Positions 1 to 11,107 of a DNA stretch of 21,965 nucleotides are shown here, in pieces (the first letter of the stretch is position 1; every line of letters starts with the position of its first letter). Made by a program: the position numbers and the translations under genes. The notes under the pieces are model-generated. The model saw only the letters and a program-made list of their open reading frames with translations, did no database searches and had not been told where the DNA came from. Source of the stretch: Python bivittatus (lineage: Eukaryota); assembly GCF_000186305.1 (NCBI RefSeq), contig NW_006536941.1, positions 4,676 to 26,640 of the forward strand, given 5' to 3'.

Positions 1-2560
1 TACATTTAATGCCAATTGGAAGCCCTTTTGGACTTTTTGCAGGAGACAGAAATGAAATTGTGATCTATGGATTTGATTATTACTTAAATCAATAGATTAT
101 ACAAAATATGTATGTTAAGATGTAGTTTTAGAGTAAGAGGCTATTATGTGATTTACAGTTGCAAGAAAAAGTATGTGAACCTTTTGGAATTTCATGGTGT
201 TCTGCATTAATTTGTCATAATTATGTCACTTATTGAGGAAGATGATACCTGGAGAACTTTCCTTCTCCAGATACATTCAAAAGAGAGACTATACAAAGAT
301 TTGTCAGGGATGCTCTAATTTGAATTCCTGCACTAATGAGGGGTAGAATTCAGCTTAAATAGCTCCTTCCAAATTTATGATCCTTTATTTCTCTAGAACT
401 AGTGAAAGAGATGAAAAGCATGCTGGGAAATTTAGAACACTATGATATCATACCATCCTTCTGAGTTTGTCTGACAGTCTGACAGATTACTAGGAATCTG
501 TCCCTATGCAAGCATAACAATACAATTTCCCCCAACACTAGGGCCTCTTGGAGTTTTATAACACAGGTAGATTATTCTACATCAATTGCTGGATACGTTA
601 ATCTCTCATCTGTGTACCCAGCATCCCCTGTAATCAGGCAGTGGCGCATCACAAAAGTATGTGTAGTGCAGGCAAATCAGCTTCTTACTTGATCCTCTGC
701 CACATATTGTTACCATTCTGCTCTTGCTCTGAATGTGTCTGGTTTCAACACCAATAAACCCAAACCTCTCATGCACTCTCCATATCGTCAGAGGAAAACA
801 ATGTGAAAGAAACTTGGCTTTCCTTCTCTAAATTGCTGTCCTCCACAAGTATTGAAACTGTAGTGCCACAATTCCTCATAGAAATTCTGAAGGTTTGAGT
901 CCCAATATACATGGAAGCTGCCTCATCTTTCCAAAGGAAGAAGCACTCAGTCACATTATGTTAAATGGGGGAGGGAGAGAGTCAATATACATACCATGCT
1001 GGTATCGTCCAGTTCTGTTGAATATTCCATGTAGGGTAAAATATCTACATCTTCTTTGGCTACAGGTTCCAAGACATTTAAAGTATCAGCACTTCGGTCT
1101 TCATCTGCCTCCTAATCGAGAAGTACCACAATACAAGAGAAGTAATAATATTGTTAAATATTCAAAGCCAAGAATAATATCAATTAATCATACATATTAA
1201 TCTGAGAGGGGAAAACAGTCCTCTTAGAACCAGCTCCCTCCGTCCCACCACCCAAACTTCAGTTCTGTCAGAATTACAACTCTGAGAATCCTTAACTTTG
1301 CTGGTTGAAAGCCACAGTCCACCATCTCTGGATGCCAGTTTGAGATTATAACACTTTTCCTAACCTGAACTCCATTCACATGTCTGAACTTCAAGACTTA
1401 AAATGACTTGTTGGCTGAGAAATTCTGGAAGGTTGTTCTATTGGTAAAAGTATATATGCATGCAAGATATAAATGGAAATAATATGATTTTATTTTATTA
1501 CTCTTCAACTGTTTATAAAAGCTATACGTTTTATATTGTTTATTAACTGAATTATTGTTTTGTTAAGTATTGGATATAAAGGGCTTATTTTTTTCTACTA
1601 ATTGTTTACATACTTTGTCTGCTAAAGGATAGTATTTCTAAAGCAATAACCATTATGAGCTTCTTCTCTGAATGAGAAGCGGTATATAAGCAACCTGAAA
1701 GAAAATAATGACTTCTGAAGTAATTCAAGACTGTGTGTGGTAGAAGCAAATCTGCAGTCTATTTAGAAAAATGGCTACTTTATTACTTTGCAAGCAAACA
1801 GTTAGGAACAAAACATTCCTAAAGTTCAGAGGAAAAGTGCTTTCTCATTAAAAAAGCAGAATACAATATCTCACTTGTTGATCAGATCATTCAGAACAAT
1901 GTATCATCACATTGTCATTAAAAGCTGAATATCTCCTAGCAGTGACTTTGGCCTAGTGGGAGTTGATTCATCACCACTGAGCTCAGGGCTTTAATTTTTT
2001 TTATTATTATTATATTGTCTTTCCAATTGATTACATTTTTCTCTGCTGTCATATTTTCCAAACTCACAAAAGAGGAACTCTTACTTTTCTTGTGCTTGGC
2101 ATTCACCACAGAGACATACTATTCTCTCTTAGCCTTTATTCTTTCTAGTTTGCGTCACTCCCCTGTTCATACCTTAACTACTGAAGTTTCATTTTGTTCA
2201 TTAGGTGTTCCTGATATATAGCATCCTGCCACTTCCTGAAAATTTTTATTGTCTTCTGGCAGTACTGGTTAACAGGATTGCCATCCATGCACCACTATGC
2301 CAGAGTTTTACTGATTCCTGGTGAAGCATCAAGTCCAACAAACCAAGGTTTAACCACTAGTCACTTGTATTTTAATGAATCTACCCATTAATATTCTAGT
2401 GTACTGACCATTTTTACCTATGGTCTATTTTTTGTTGAAATTAAGATAATTTAGGTTATCCATACCGTTGTCTTCCCAATCTGTTGGACTTTAACTTCCA
2501 TAATTCAGCACTAGCGTGGAAAAAAATGAGGAAGGATGGTTTGAAGATGAACATACATAC

Positions 2561-2656
2561 CCTTTTTTCAATTGCCACGAAGCTTGTAAATTGGGTCACA
2601 ATGGAGTTTTTCAGGCTGAGCTCAATGATGAAGGACTTCAGTTGTTGTTTCTTCAT
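2561..2656 (-). CDS. PARP4: PARP4 exon P
   Basis: Acceptor ccttaactatttag|ATG, donor AAAAGG|gtatgtatg. Encodes MKKQQLKSFIIELSLKNSIVTQFTSFVAIEKR, phase 0 at both ends. It lies in the minus ORF 2456..2656. Further exons are expected below 2561, but I could not place them. Confidence 0.85.
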
Positions 2657-2715
2657 CTAAATAGTTAAGGCCCAGGCAAATGTTAAAGAGTCTACTTCCC
2701 TGCAGGGATAAGCAA

Positions 2716-2800
2716 CCTGATATCTACCAGATGTTTTGGACTACAGATCTCATAAGCTCAGACACCATAGCCAATGGCCAACATTTATAGGAGTTCCAGG
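2716..2800. repeat. fragment of a common squamate palindromic repeat (tggactacaactcccat... family)
   Basis: ccagatgttttggactacagatctcataagctcagacaccatagccaatggccaacatttataggagttccagg resembles the abundant ccagatgttttggactacaactcccatcagcc...ccaatggtc... element. Recalled from memory, not verified. Confidence 0.35.
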
Positions 2801-3315
2801 AATTATTCTCCAAAAAATCTAAAGGGCACCCTGTTACTGCTGTATTTATAATTGTTACCAGTGATATACATCTGGCCCAGTGGAGTATCTCACCTGGACT
2901 TCTACCATGGCAATAACTTCTACACAATGCTTTATTCCCTGAACTGGCAGATCTTCAACATTTTATGTATAGTTTATAATATACATTTTCAAGCATTTTT
3001 TTTAAATTACCTCATAATGTCATTACTATTTTATATATACCATGTATTTTGTTCATTAAAACATAATATTATAAAATAAAACATAGGATCACATTCTTAA
3101 TATGTTATTAAGATACCATAAAATGTTAGGACCCACAAAAAGAAAACTGTCATTATCAGTTATAACATTAGGAAGGAAGTGGAAGTATAAGTTAAGGCTG
3201 GATTATTACATAAGGTTTTGGTTTAGCACAACATGTGAATCCTACAATTAAGAGCTACCATTAAATGCACAAAGCAGTTATTTCATGGATGTTTCAGACT
3301 AGAGAGTAAACTGAG

Positions 3316-3503
3316 AGCCAATGTTGTGTAGTAGTTAAAGTATTGGACTAGGAATGGGGACATGCATGTCCTAATCCACCCTCAGCCATGGAAACTCACT
3401 GGGTGGCCTTGGGCCATCAGTTTCTTTCAGCCCTACCTACAAATTGCTGTTGATAAAAATAGGAGAAAGTAGAAATATGTACACTGCCTTAAGTTCCTCT
3501 ACA
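3316..3503 (+). mobile_element. tRNA-derived SINE (saurian/squamate type)
   Basis: tRNA-like head gtgtagtagttaaagtattggactagg. Body ccaccctcagccatggaaactcactgggtggccttgggcca...cagccctacctac...gttgataaaaataggaga...atgtacactgccttaagttcct. This matches the widespread reptile/bird SINE with the ccatggaaactcactgggtgaccttgggcca core. Confidence 0.8.
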
Positions 3504-4149
3504 AAAGACATGATATAATCCAAATAAATCTAGACTTCATTTGCCATCTAGAGCACTCACTTTATTGTATCTAAAATTTACAGTTCTTGGAGCAGCTGGC
3601 CATCCTATCAGCAATGTTCTGTGGTGACAGAAAGGGAATATCAAGTGCATTTCCCCCCAATCCACACAATTACCCTTCTGCCACCTTGTGAATGTCTTCA
3701 ACTTGCTGTTGAGTATATGCCTTGAGTAAGGAAAGTTAAATAGTACTCAAAAACCAACATTACAGTCAGCAATCTGCATCTCTTCTTTCCTCTTGCCATA
3801 CTTGTTTCCAGAGTGAAGAAACTGGCCACTGTATAGAGGAGTTACCCCTCAGAGTGACTGGGAAGAACAAGAGATGCTGGCACAATAGCACCCCTCTGCA
3901 GACAGGAAGAGGAAGTGTTCTGAAGAGCCAGAAAATGGAACCAACTCTCCCACTGTACAGCTCCAGAGAAAACTCTGTAACTGTCTTCCCAGTATTTTCT
4001 CTGGAGGAGCAGCTAAACCAGACATTAAAACAGTTCAGCTAGAAAATATGTCCATAAATCTCATAGCATGTTAGGACACAGGGATACCGAGCCAGTCTCA
4101 GATCATCACAGCCACTGTGTGGGGAAGGAGCCTCAGGTAGCACTGTGCA

Positions 4150-4300
4150 TCTTGTTCCAAACTGATTCTATTTATTAATTTAGCAAATTTATATAGCCAC
4201 CCATCTCACAATATGTGACTCTGGGCAGCTTACAAACATAATAACAATTAAAATCATATGACAATTCAGGAAACAAACATAAATAAAAATAAAAACATGA
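4150..4300 (+). repeat. possible SINE/LINE 3'-tail fragment
   Basis: atttatatagccacccatctcacaatatgtgactctgggcagcttacaaacataataacaattaaaa resembles the ggactcagggcggcttacaa...ataaaa tail shared by reptile SINE families. Recalled from memory, not checked. Confidence 0.35.
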
Positions 4301-4589
4301 AAAACCCCAAGCTTGCAGGAGAACAACAATCATTTAACTTAATTCAATAAGAGAATCATAATCCTATAGCAATTATTTAATCTGAAACTACCCTAAGAAC
4401 ATAAGAAAAACCCAAAGCTTGTCTAGTCCAGCATCCAGTTTTTTTCAATGAGCAACCAAATGTCTCTGAGAAGGTTAGATAAACAGAAACTGGATGCAAT
4501 CTGTATCATGCAATTTTGTAGACAGCAGTCATAACTAAAATGGTTAATAAATACAGGGTTACACGTTTTTTATTTTCTTGGCTACATAC

Positions 4590-4670
4590 CTCATGTTCTG
4601 TTTCATTCTCATCAAGCATTCCTTGTTCATAATCTCTGATAAAGGCTCTTGCTGCAAGTTTGTGGAGCAT
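4590..4670 (-). CDS. PARP4: PARP4 exon O
   Basis: Acceptor ctcttgtccctggtacag|ATG, donor CATGAG|gtatgtagc. Encodes MLHKLAARAFIRDYEQGMLDENETEHE, phase 0 at both ends. Too short for the ORF track; found by hand translation. Confidence 0.85.
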
Positions 4671-5110
4671 CTGTACCAGGGACAAGAGAAGACATCCTGA
4701 TCAGTAATATTAAAACAATTATTCAATAGTTTGGCCTGATCAAAAGTGTATTGAGCAGCTTCCCTCTGAGTGTAAACAGTGTATTGGAAAAGAATTATTC
4801 TCCCTATATCATCAGAGAAAAAAAGAAACTCACCTCAGCTGATCATGAATGGACATCTCTACTTCTAATATTAAAAATCTGTCTTTTGACATTATACACT
4901 GGTTGGCCTAAGGACCCAACATTTCAGGAAGATAGATTTTATTAAATAACTACAACCATTCAACAATTTAATGGGTTAGGATGGGAAATGGAGGAGAAGC
5001 TTTGCAATGCCAGGTCACAGTTTCCTAAAATTAGGCAGGGCTTTGGATTCTAAGACAAAAAGCACTTCAGAATGCTCAGAGACACAAATGTAACCCCTGT
5101 TTGCAACTCC

Positions 5111-6110
5111 TTAAAATAAACATGATTCTACTAACAAAAGATGCAGCTGCTTTAAGGAAGGGCAGACCAAGGCTTCATTTGTGCCGAGAAATGTCTCTGT
5201 ATTCAAAACATAGTCTGCCTCTGGACTGGCAACAGCTGTGACACAATTGGTTCTGTCACTGCCTTCCTCATTTCTTGGCCACATACAGTTTCCAAAGCTT
5301 TTATCCCCAGTTAGGGTCAAAGACAGGGGGAGAATGACAGGCATAATGGTCTTCATAGATCCTATGTAGCTATTTCTCCAGTTGCATCTAACCATGACAT
5401 TGCCTTCATCTCATCCTCAATCCATCTGTGAGACAGCCTGAAATTGTCCTTCGCCGAAAGATGGCTAGATCATGGCTAGACGCACTCTCAGGGGAGCACA
5501 GGTTTAGTGTACCTTCCTTCCTGTAGACAGTAAGGAAGATGACCAGCATATCTCCATCAAGGTCATCTTTCTTACTCTTTAAACTTCCCAAGTCTACTGA
5601 AGAGCTCTTCAGTAGGCTTGCAGAGTTGGAAAGTAGATTCACCCTCTCCACACAAAGGCTCCTGTAAGCACCTGGGGTCATAGCAGCCAGACTCAATATC
5701 TGGCTTGGAACTAGAATTTCCTTAAGAATAAAAGGATTACCGAGGAAAAAGTCCCTACTTCTAAATAATGCTGTTGGATGGAAATAATCTAGCTGTTGGA
5801 ACAAAAATCATTCAACTGAGAGCAGCCCAGTGCTGGAGCCATATCTGATCTCAGCCAATCTTCTTTGTTTATATTTCCAGATGACCAAACTCTGTTTATA
5901 ATTTACAGCTTCAGCTGACTTATTCCTCTTAACCCAATCTTTTACTATCATCTTTGGCTCTAAGTTCATCCCACATCTGCTTTTTCCTGCTTGTGCTGTA
6001 AGACAGGAGATGGAGAATTCTTCAATAGGTAGAGCAACATTCACAATGAGTTGGTGTTCATTGTGATGCATAAAGTACCTTATGCATGCTGCCTTGCAAG
6101 GATGTCCCAC
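5111..6110 (-). pseudogene. decayed ~1 kb coding relic (three consecutive ORFs in three frames), unclassified
   Basis: Minus ORFs 5808..6110 (100 aa), 5406..5804 (132 aa) and 5111..5395 (94 aa) abut end to end, each shifted by one frame. About 330 codons have only two stops, in DNA where stops should occur every ~20 codons. No motif I can assign. Confidence 0.45.
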
Positions 6111-6277
6111 TATGTCCAGTGGGGTTTACCCTTTTGAATGTGGTTTTATGACTGCATTCTTAACTAGACAAGTATCCATAAAAAGAAGGTAGGCTCCTAA
6201 GTGGTCCACTTTCAAATATTGATTATGTCAAGAACATGAAGCAGGTTTATAGTTTGAGCAATCAATGCCTAACTCAC

Positions 6278-6358
6278 AGTTCCCGTGGTCTTCTGCAGTT
6301 CAGTTGTAGATACCAGCGCACGCAATTCCTGCCTATCTACTAGTGCATTTAAAATGGC
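6278..6358 (-). CDS. PARP4: PARP4 exon N
   Basis: Acceptor tttttttctctttcag|GCC, donor GGAACT|gtgagtta. Encodes AILNALVDRQELRALVSTTELQKTTGT, phase 0 at both ends. Confidence 0.85.
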
Positions 6359-7539
6359 CTGAAAGAGAAAAAAACAGAATATTCTTCTGAATTTAATTGT
6401 TAAAAAAGTTAAGAATGGTGCAATAGCATGCTTATCTACTACTTCAGCTTTCATGTAAAGTCAATTGCTTCTATTTGCAGTATGAGCTCCATGCAACATT
6501 TATTAAAATTATTTTTAGATATCTCTTCAAGATTACAGACATGGGGATGCTAATACAGACGAATCTGCCAGTAGAATGGGACATTTGTTGTTGACTTAAT
6601 TAAGACAATACACCAACAATTTTTTTTTAAAAAACGTAATTCTAGTGCAATAGAATGGCTGCTTAATTTACCAAGGTTTGACATTGTCAGGCAAGCTAGA
6701 ATATGAAACATGGTTAGTATGGAATTTCACACCATGCTTTGTATTAACTATGACTTGATCTAATGTCTGGTTTTAAAAACCACATTATATATACTGCTGT
6801 CTATATCCTTGTAGAGTAAACTAGAGAACAAAAAATGAAAGCAGCTGAAATGTGGAAGTTCAAAGCTATGTTAAACCTGATACATTCTGAAGCTCAAACC
6901 ATGGACTGGCATGAGTATGAATTACATGGTTATGGTGGCAAGTGGAAGAGTTTATTCACGTTGAGCATTCCACTAGGAAAGATATTTCCCAGTTTTCCAT
7001 TGCTTCAACCAAGCTGAGACAGCACTAAGAACCCAACAAATATTATAATAATTCTTTCTTACTGAATACCTGGAAATCACCTGTTCATAGTATGTTATGC
7101 CATTGCAATTTTCTTCAAATGTCATACACTCAGATTTATGTCACCTAACCACTTCTTCAATGGCTTCAGCCTCATCACTGTTACATACATCAGGTTGCCA
7201 GCTGAGAGGCATAGCTTATTCTTATTCCAGTTTATCCCCATTGTGCCATGATAACTTTTATCCATTGGTTCAGGGAGTATAAAGCACAAAATCCAGTATG
7301 AAATATAGTAAGTCCTGGTTTACTTAACCATGGATTACTGAGGATGCCATAAATAGATGGTTCAAAATATGAATCAAACCCAAGTATGTCCCCTCGATGC
7401 TTAACATCCACTCCACTTAACAGTGGAAATCTATTGGCCTTGTCCATATCCTCAATGGCATATCTTTAGATAAAGATGGGCTTCTTGATTTGGAATAGGA
7501 ACTATGCCAGCCTCATCTTTGTTTTTGGGCAAAGTTGGA

Positions 7540-8095
7540 AATTGCAGAGATCCAAAAGATTTCTGAGAAATGTTTTAACTGCAATTATATGGTTTACTAT
7601 GCAATCAACCTAATTTGTTCACAAAATTTTAAGAAGTGTGAATTCCTTATTCTCCTCCGCTCTGCATTGTTGAGACCACAGCTGGAGTACTGGCATATTT
7701 TAAGAAAGATATTGACAGGTTAGAACAGGTTCAGAGGAAGGCTACAAATGCAATATATAAATTTGAGGATATGTCCTATGAGGACAGGCTGAAGGAACTT
7801 AGGATGTTGGGTCTAAAGAAAAGAAGAATGAGGGGAGTATAAAAGGGTGCCATAGAGGAGATGATCAGGAACAATTTTCTGTTGCCACAGAAACTAGGAC
7901 CAGAAATAACAGGTATAAGTTGCAGCTACCTAGATGTTTTTTAAATATAAAGTAAAACTTCCTGATGGTAAGATCTGTACAATAGTGGACAGCTACCTCT
8001 TGAGGATGGTTTAAATTGGTTTTCTTCCATATTGCAGAAGATTGGACTAGATGATCCTTATGGCCCCTTCCAACTCATCATTCTATGGGAGTGGA
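7540..8095 (+). mobile_element. CR1-like LINE 3' end (degenerate ORF2 C-terminus plus 3' UTR hairpin)
   Basis: Frameshifted translation gives ...LLRSALLRPQLEYW..., KKDIDRLEQVQRKATNAIYKFEDMSYEDRLKELRMLGLKKRRMRG and KGC...FSVATETRTRNNRYKLQLPR. These match the conserved CR1 ORF2 tail (LVRPHLEYC...KKDVELLERVQRRATK...SYEERLRELGLFSLEKRRLRGD...). It ends in ttggactagatgatccttatggccccttccaactcatcattctatg, the conserved CR1 3' hairpin and ATTCTRTG-like tail. Confidence 0.8.
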
Positions 8096-8338
8096 GGTCC
8101 AGAAAGTGTTATATGTATAACCTTTGTAACTTTCCTGTTTTCCTATCTCTGTTTCTATTGCTTTTCTTAGAAAACCCTTTCTTAGAAAAACCTCCCATCT
8201 CATCAAGGTGATTCTAGGCAGCGTACAAAAATTAAAACCAAAAGAAAGCAATAACGAATGTATAAAACAACATACAAATACCATAATATATGACATGCCT
8301 GGGGATGAAAAAAATATTTCTACTACTATCACGGAACC

Positions 8339-8428
8339 ATAACTAAACTAAACTAAACTAAACTAAACTAAACTAAACTAAACTAAACTAAACTAAACTA
8401 AACTAAACTAAACTAAACTAAACCAAAC
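8339..8428. repeat. (AAACT)n microsatellite, ~17 perfect units
   Basis: aactaaactaaacta... runs perfectly from 8341 to 8422. Confidence 0.95.
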
Positions 8429-8439
8429 CAGTGGGGCTT

Positions 8440-8950
8440 GCTTAACCTCCCAGCCCAAATGCCTATAGGAACATCCAGGTTTTTAATGCTGTTTGAAAAG
8501 CCAACAGTTTGGGGTCATCTGAATCTCTAGGGGGACATCATTCCATAGGGCAAGTGTGGCAACAGAGATGGCATGACTCCTAGACCTCACAAGGTGACAA
8601 TAACAGATGAGGTCTGCAGGATGCCAACATGCCATTTCTGGTGGGGCAAGCAGAGACAAACTATCACACAGATGGAAGGAAACACAAAAATTAAATGCAG
8701 AATGGCTTTCTATTTCCATTCTATGAGTTATGAGTTATTCTGGAAGACCTCCCCACCCTGGCTATCTCTGGAGAAACCACGTACAGCATCCCAAAGGGCA
8801 TGTCTACTTGAGTATTGATCAACCCTTTAAATTCCCATATAGTTACTATCAAAGATCCAAGAGAGAGAGAGTCAGCAGGATATACTTACTATCTGATTGG
8901 TTCTTTTTCTTGAAAAGTCCATATGGATTTAAATTTATCATATGAATTAT
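8440..8950 (-). repeat. interspersed repeat carrying an ALWN..LPLEI..FK-type ORF relic
   Basis: Minus-strand translation ...VATLALWNDVPLEIQMTPNCWLFKQH*KPGCSYRHLGW. This resembles an ORF tail (ALWNSLP.EIR.APSL..FKK.LKT.LF..AF) that recurs in vertebrate repeat-derived gene predictions. Overlapping ORFs on both strands at 8483-8945. Confidence 0.4.
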
Positions 8951-9030
8951 TCATTCATATGAAAGAGATGCTGGCAGTATATGAGTTTTGAAACTGAGGA
9001 GAGAAGAAGCTTCTTTGGACAGCTTATTAC

Positions 9031-9201
9031 CTGTGTGCAATTGAGGATAAATCCATAGACTAGAAGACGCTCGTGGTTAAATAGAGACTGTATCTGAGCA
9101 GGAGCATATGTAAGTTCAGGTTTTTCTATATCATAATTCTGCCATTCAATGGAAATAGAACTGCACCGTGGAGAAAACATTCTAGTTGCCTGGCTTTCCA
9201 T
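9031..9201 (-). CDS. PARP4: PARP4 exon M: end of vWA domain and post-vWA region
   Basis: Acceptor ttttttgtttccatgtctgtgcag|ATG, donor CACAG|gtaataagc. Encodes MESQATRMFSPRCSSISIEWQNYDIEKPELTYAPAQIQSLFNHERLLVYGFILNCTQ. It lies in the minus ORF 8947..9213. Confidence 0.85.
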
Positions 9202-10019
9202 CTGCACAGACATGGAAACAAAAAATTAGTATTTGTTCCTTTTGTTAAATTATTTTACATAGAGTAATAAAAACACAACAGAATAGAACAAGTGTGAAGA
9301 AATGCTATTTTATAGGGTATTTCATCAAGTGGTTTAACCACATCCATCTTTTTTTAAGTGGATTAGACAAAAGTCTTGAACTTGGGAAACTGAATTGTAA
9401 TAAATGCAAAGGACTAAAATTATTTTTTCCAAATCTAACAGATCAGTTACTACTAATGCTCAGGCATACTGCTCTTTCGTACTGCTAATATCAAATATGA
9501 TTAACACATTTGTAAGAACTTAATTTATATTTATATTTATACACACACACACATAGTAAGCCACTAACAATAGGGCATTTCATACAAGGATCCTGTACCA
9601 GTTTGAATCCAACTCTATAGTTCTGTGTTCTCAGACCATCTCATCTATGCTTAGCAGCTATCTACCCAATTCATCTGTGATGCAACAAAAACTGAAAAAC
9701 AGTGATCTCTTGGTATTCAGTGGCAAAGCACCACAAGCTGGAAATGGGGCTTCCTTGCCTCAGCTAACCTGTGAGTTCCTGAGCTTGAGTAGATTTACCA
9801 TTTGTGTTGAAAGATCTTTAAAGGGGGAAGCCCCCCATCAAAGTAACAGCTCTATTTGTTTTGTTCCTATCTTGCTTCCTTGCTTTCTTAACATATTAAC
9901 ATTTTTTTTCTTTTCCTACCCGCCCCCCCACCACACACAGCATCTTGCTCCTGATGCCTGTCTGCAAGCATTGTTTAGAGGGTAACTCCTCCTCTCGTCC
10001 CACTGCAGCAAATACAACA

Positions 10020-10345
10020 CGATTACAGCTACAGGTAATCCTTGCTTAACGACTGCCTGTTTAGTGACCGTTCAAAATGACAACAGTGTTGAAAAAGTAA
10101 CTTTATGACTGGTCCTTGCACTTACAACCGTTACAATGTCCCTGTGGTCACATGATAGAGATTTGGTTGCTTCGCAACTGTGGTCATTTACCACTGTTGC
10201 GGTGTTCCACAGTCACATGATTGCCATTTGTGCGCTTCACAGCCAGCTTCTGACAAACAGACTCAACAGAAAAGTCACAGTCACTGAGGTCTCACTTAGT
10301 GACCATGTCACTTAGTGATGGATTTTCCAGTCCCAACTGTGGTCA
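10020..10345. repeat. interspersed repeat with internal short direct and inverted subrepeats
   Basis: Reiterated TGGTCA/TGACCA-containing motifs: tggtcacatgat, ctgtggtcatttaccactgttgcg, cacagtcacatgattgcc, cttagtgaccatgtcacttagtgatgg, ctgtggtcattaggtgac. The composition differs from the flanks. Confidence 0.4.
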
Positions 10346-10818
10346 TTAGGTGACTACTACCTGTATTGGGAAAAAACCCTAGTAGCAAAAAATGCCATCC
10401 TTTCTCCATCATTGCTAGCAAGAGGTTTTTATTCATCTGCACCCTTTTTTCTGGTAGCTTCAGATAGTGCACATGGGGTCTCCTCTCACCTTATACCCAC
10501 AACAACTACGTGAGAGAGGCTGGGCTAAACTGCAATGGAGGAATAATGTCTTAATGCTTGCAGTTGCTTTTTTTAATAAGAAATAGTAATTTTCTTTTCA
10601 AACAACCATACAAATACACATAACAATGTAGAAATGTAGAATTAGGGTTGCAATTTATTTTATTCCCTTTTTGCACGGAGAGGGATGATACAGTATATTC
10701 TTTGTTGCTTCCCAGAGCTATAATATTCTAGATGGGGCATTGCTGACTGGCTGGAAGAAGAAGAACACTTGGCTTATGATGTTTGCCTGTTCTCTGCCTT
10801 TCAAGAACAGCAGACAAT

Positions 10819-10864
10819 AAAAGGATAGTAGGTTACCTTCCAAAAAGGATAGTAGGTTGCCTTC
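10819..10864. repeat. tandem duplication of a 23-bp unit
   Basis: aaaaggatagtaggttaccttcc / aaaaaggatagtaggttgccttc. Confidence 0.8.
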
Positions 10865-11007
10865 AGATTGGTTTGTGAGGGGCTAGGGAAGGGGAACACT
10901 GTGGTATGGAAGCACCCTGGAAAGTAACTAATAAATATATTAAGTAATAAAACCTCTTCTCCAGCTGATTTCTGTGCCTATAAAAAATAATACTAAAATA
11001 TACTTGC

Positions 11008-11107
11008 CTTTCTCTCCCAGTTATATTTTGATTTCACATCAAAATATTCAAAAGCTCCAGCTCCATATTGCGCTAAAGACCTCAGCATGTGACGATTTGC
11101 TGTAGGA
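11008..11107 (-). CDS. PARP4: PARP4 exon L: vWA domain; ends in a GC-AG intron
   Basis: Acceptor aaatcatcttag|T. Encodes (G)PTANRHMLRSLAQYGAGAFEYFDVKSKYNWERK. The donor is AAG|gcaagtat, an exact match to the GC-AG consensus AG|GCAAGT. No GT donor gives the phase 0 that exon M needs. Confidence 0.8.

Noticed and set aside
895-1200. 101-aa plus-strand ORF and other isolated 60-80 aa ORFs listed in the track (for example 2015..2221, 2852..3079, 9647..9985, 17178..17423)
   Set aside because: No splice-site context, no recognisable motifs, and a composition typical of intronic or repeat DNA. The ORF track also treats TTG and GTG as starts, which inflates its ORF calls.
6045-6109. Candidate PARP4 exon at the start of minus ORF 5808..6110 (MGHPCKAACIRYFMHHNEHQ), which I first took for the MIHKLAARALIRDYE... 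exon
   Set aside because: No acceptor gave the right phase after exon N, because a TAA stop lies in frame upstream. A much better exon, MLHKLAARAFIRDYEQGMLDENETEHE with clean cag|ATG and GAG|gtatgt sites, exists at 4590-4670. The ORF is instead the start of the three-frame coding relic.
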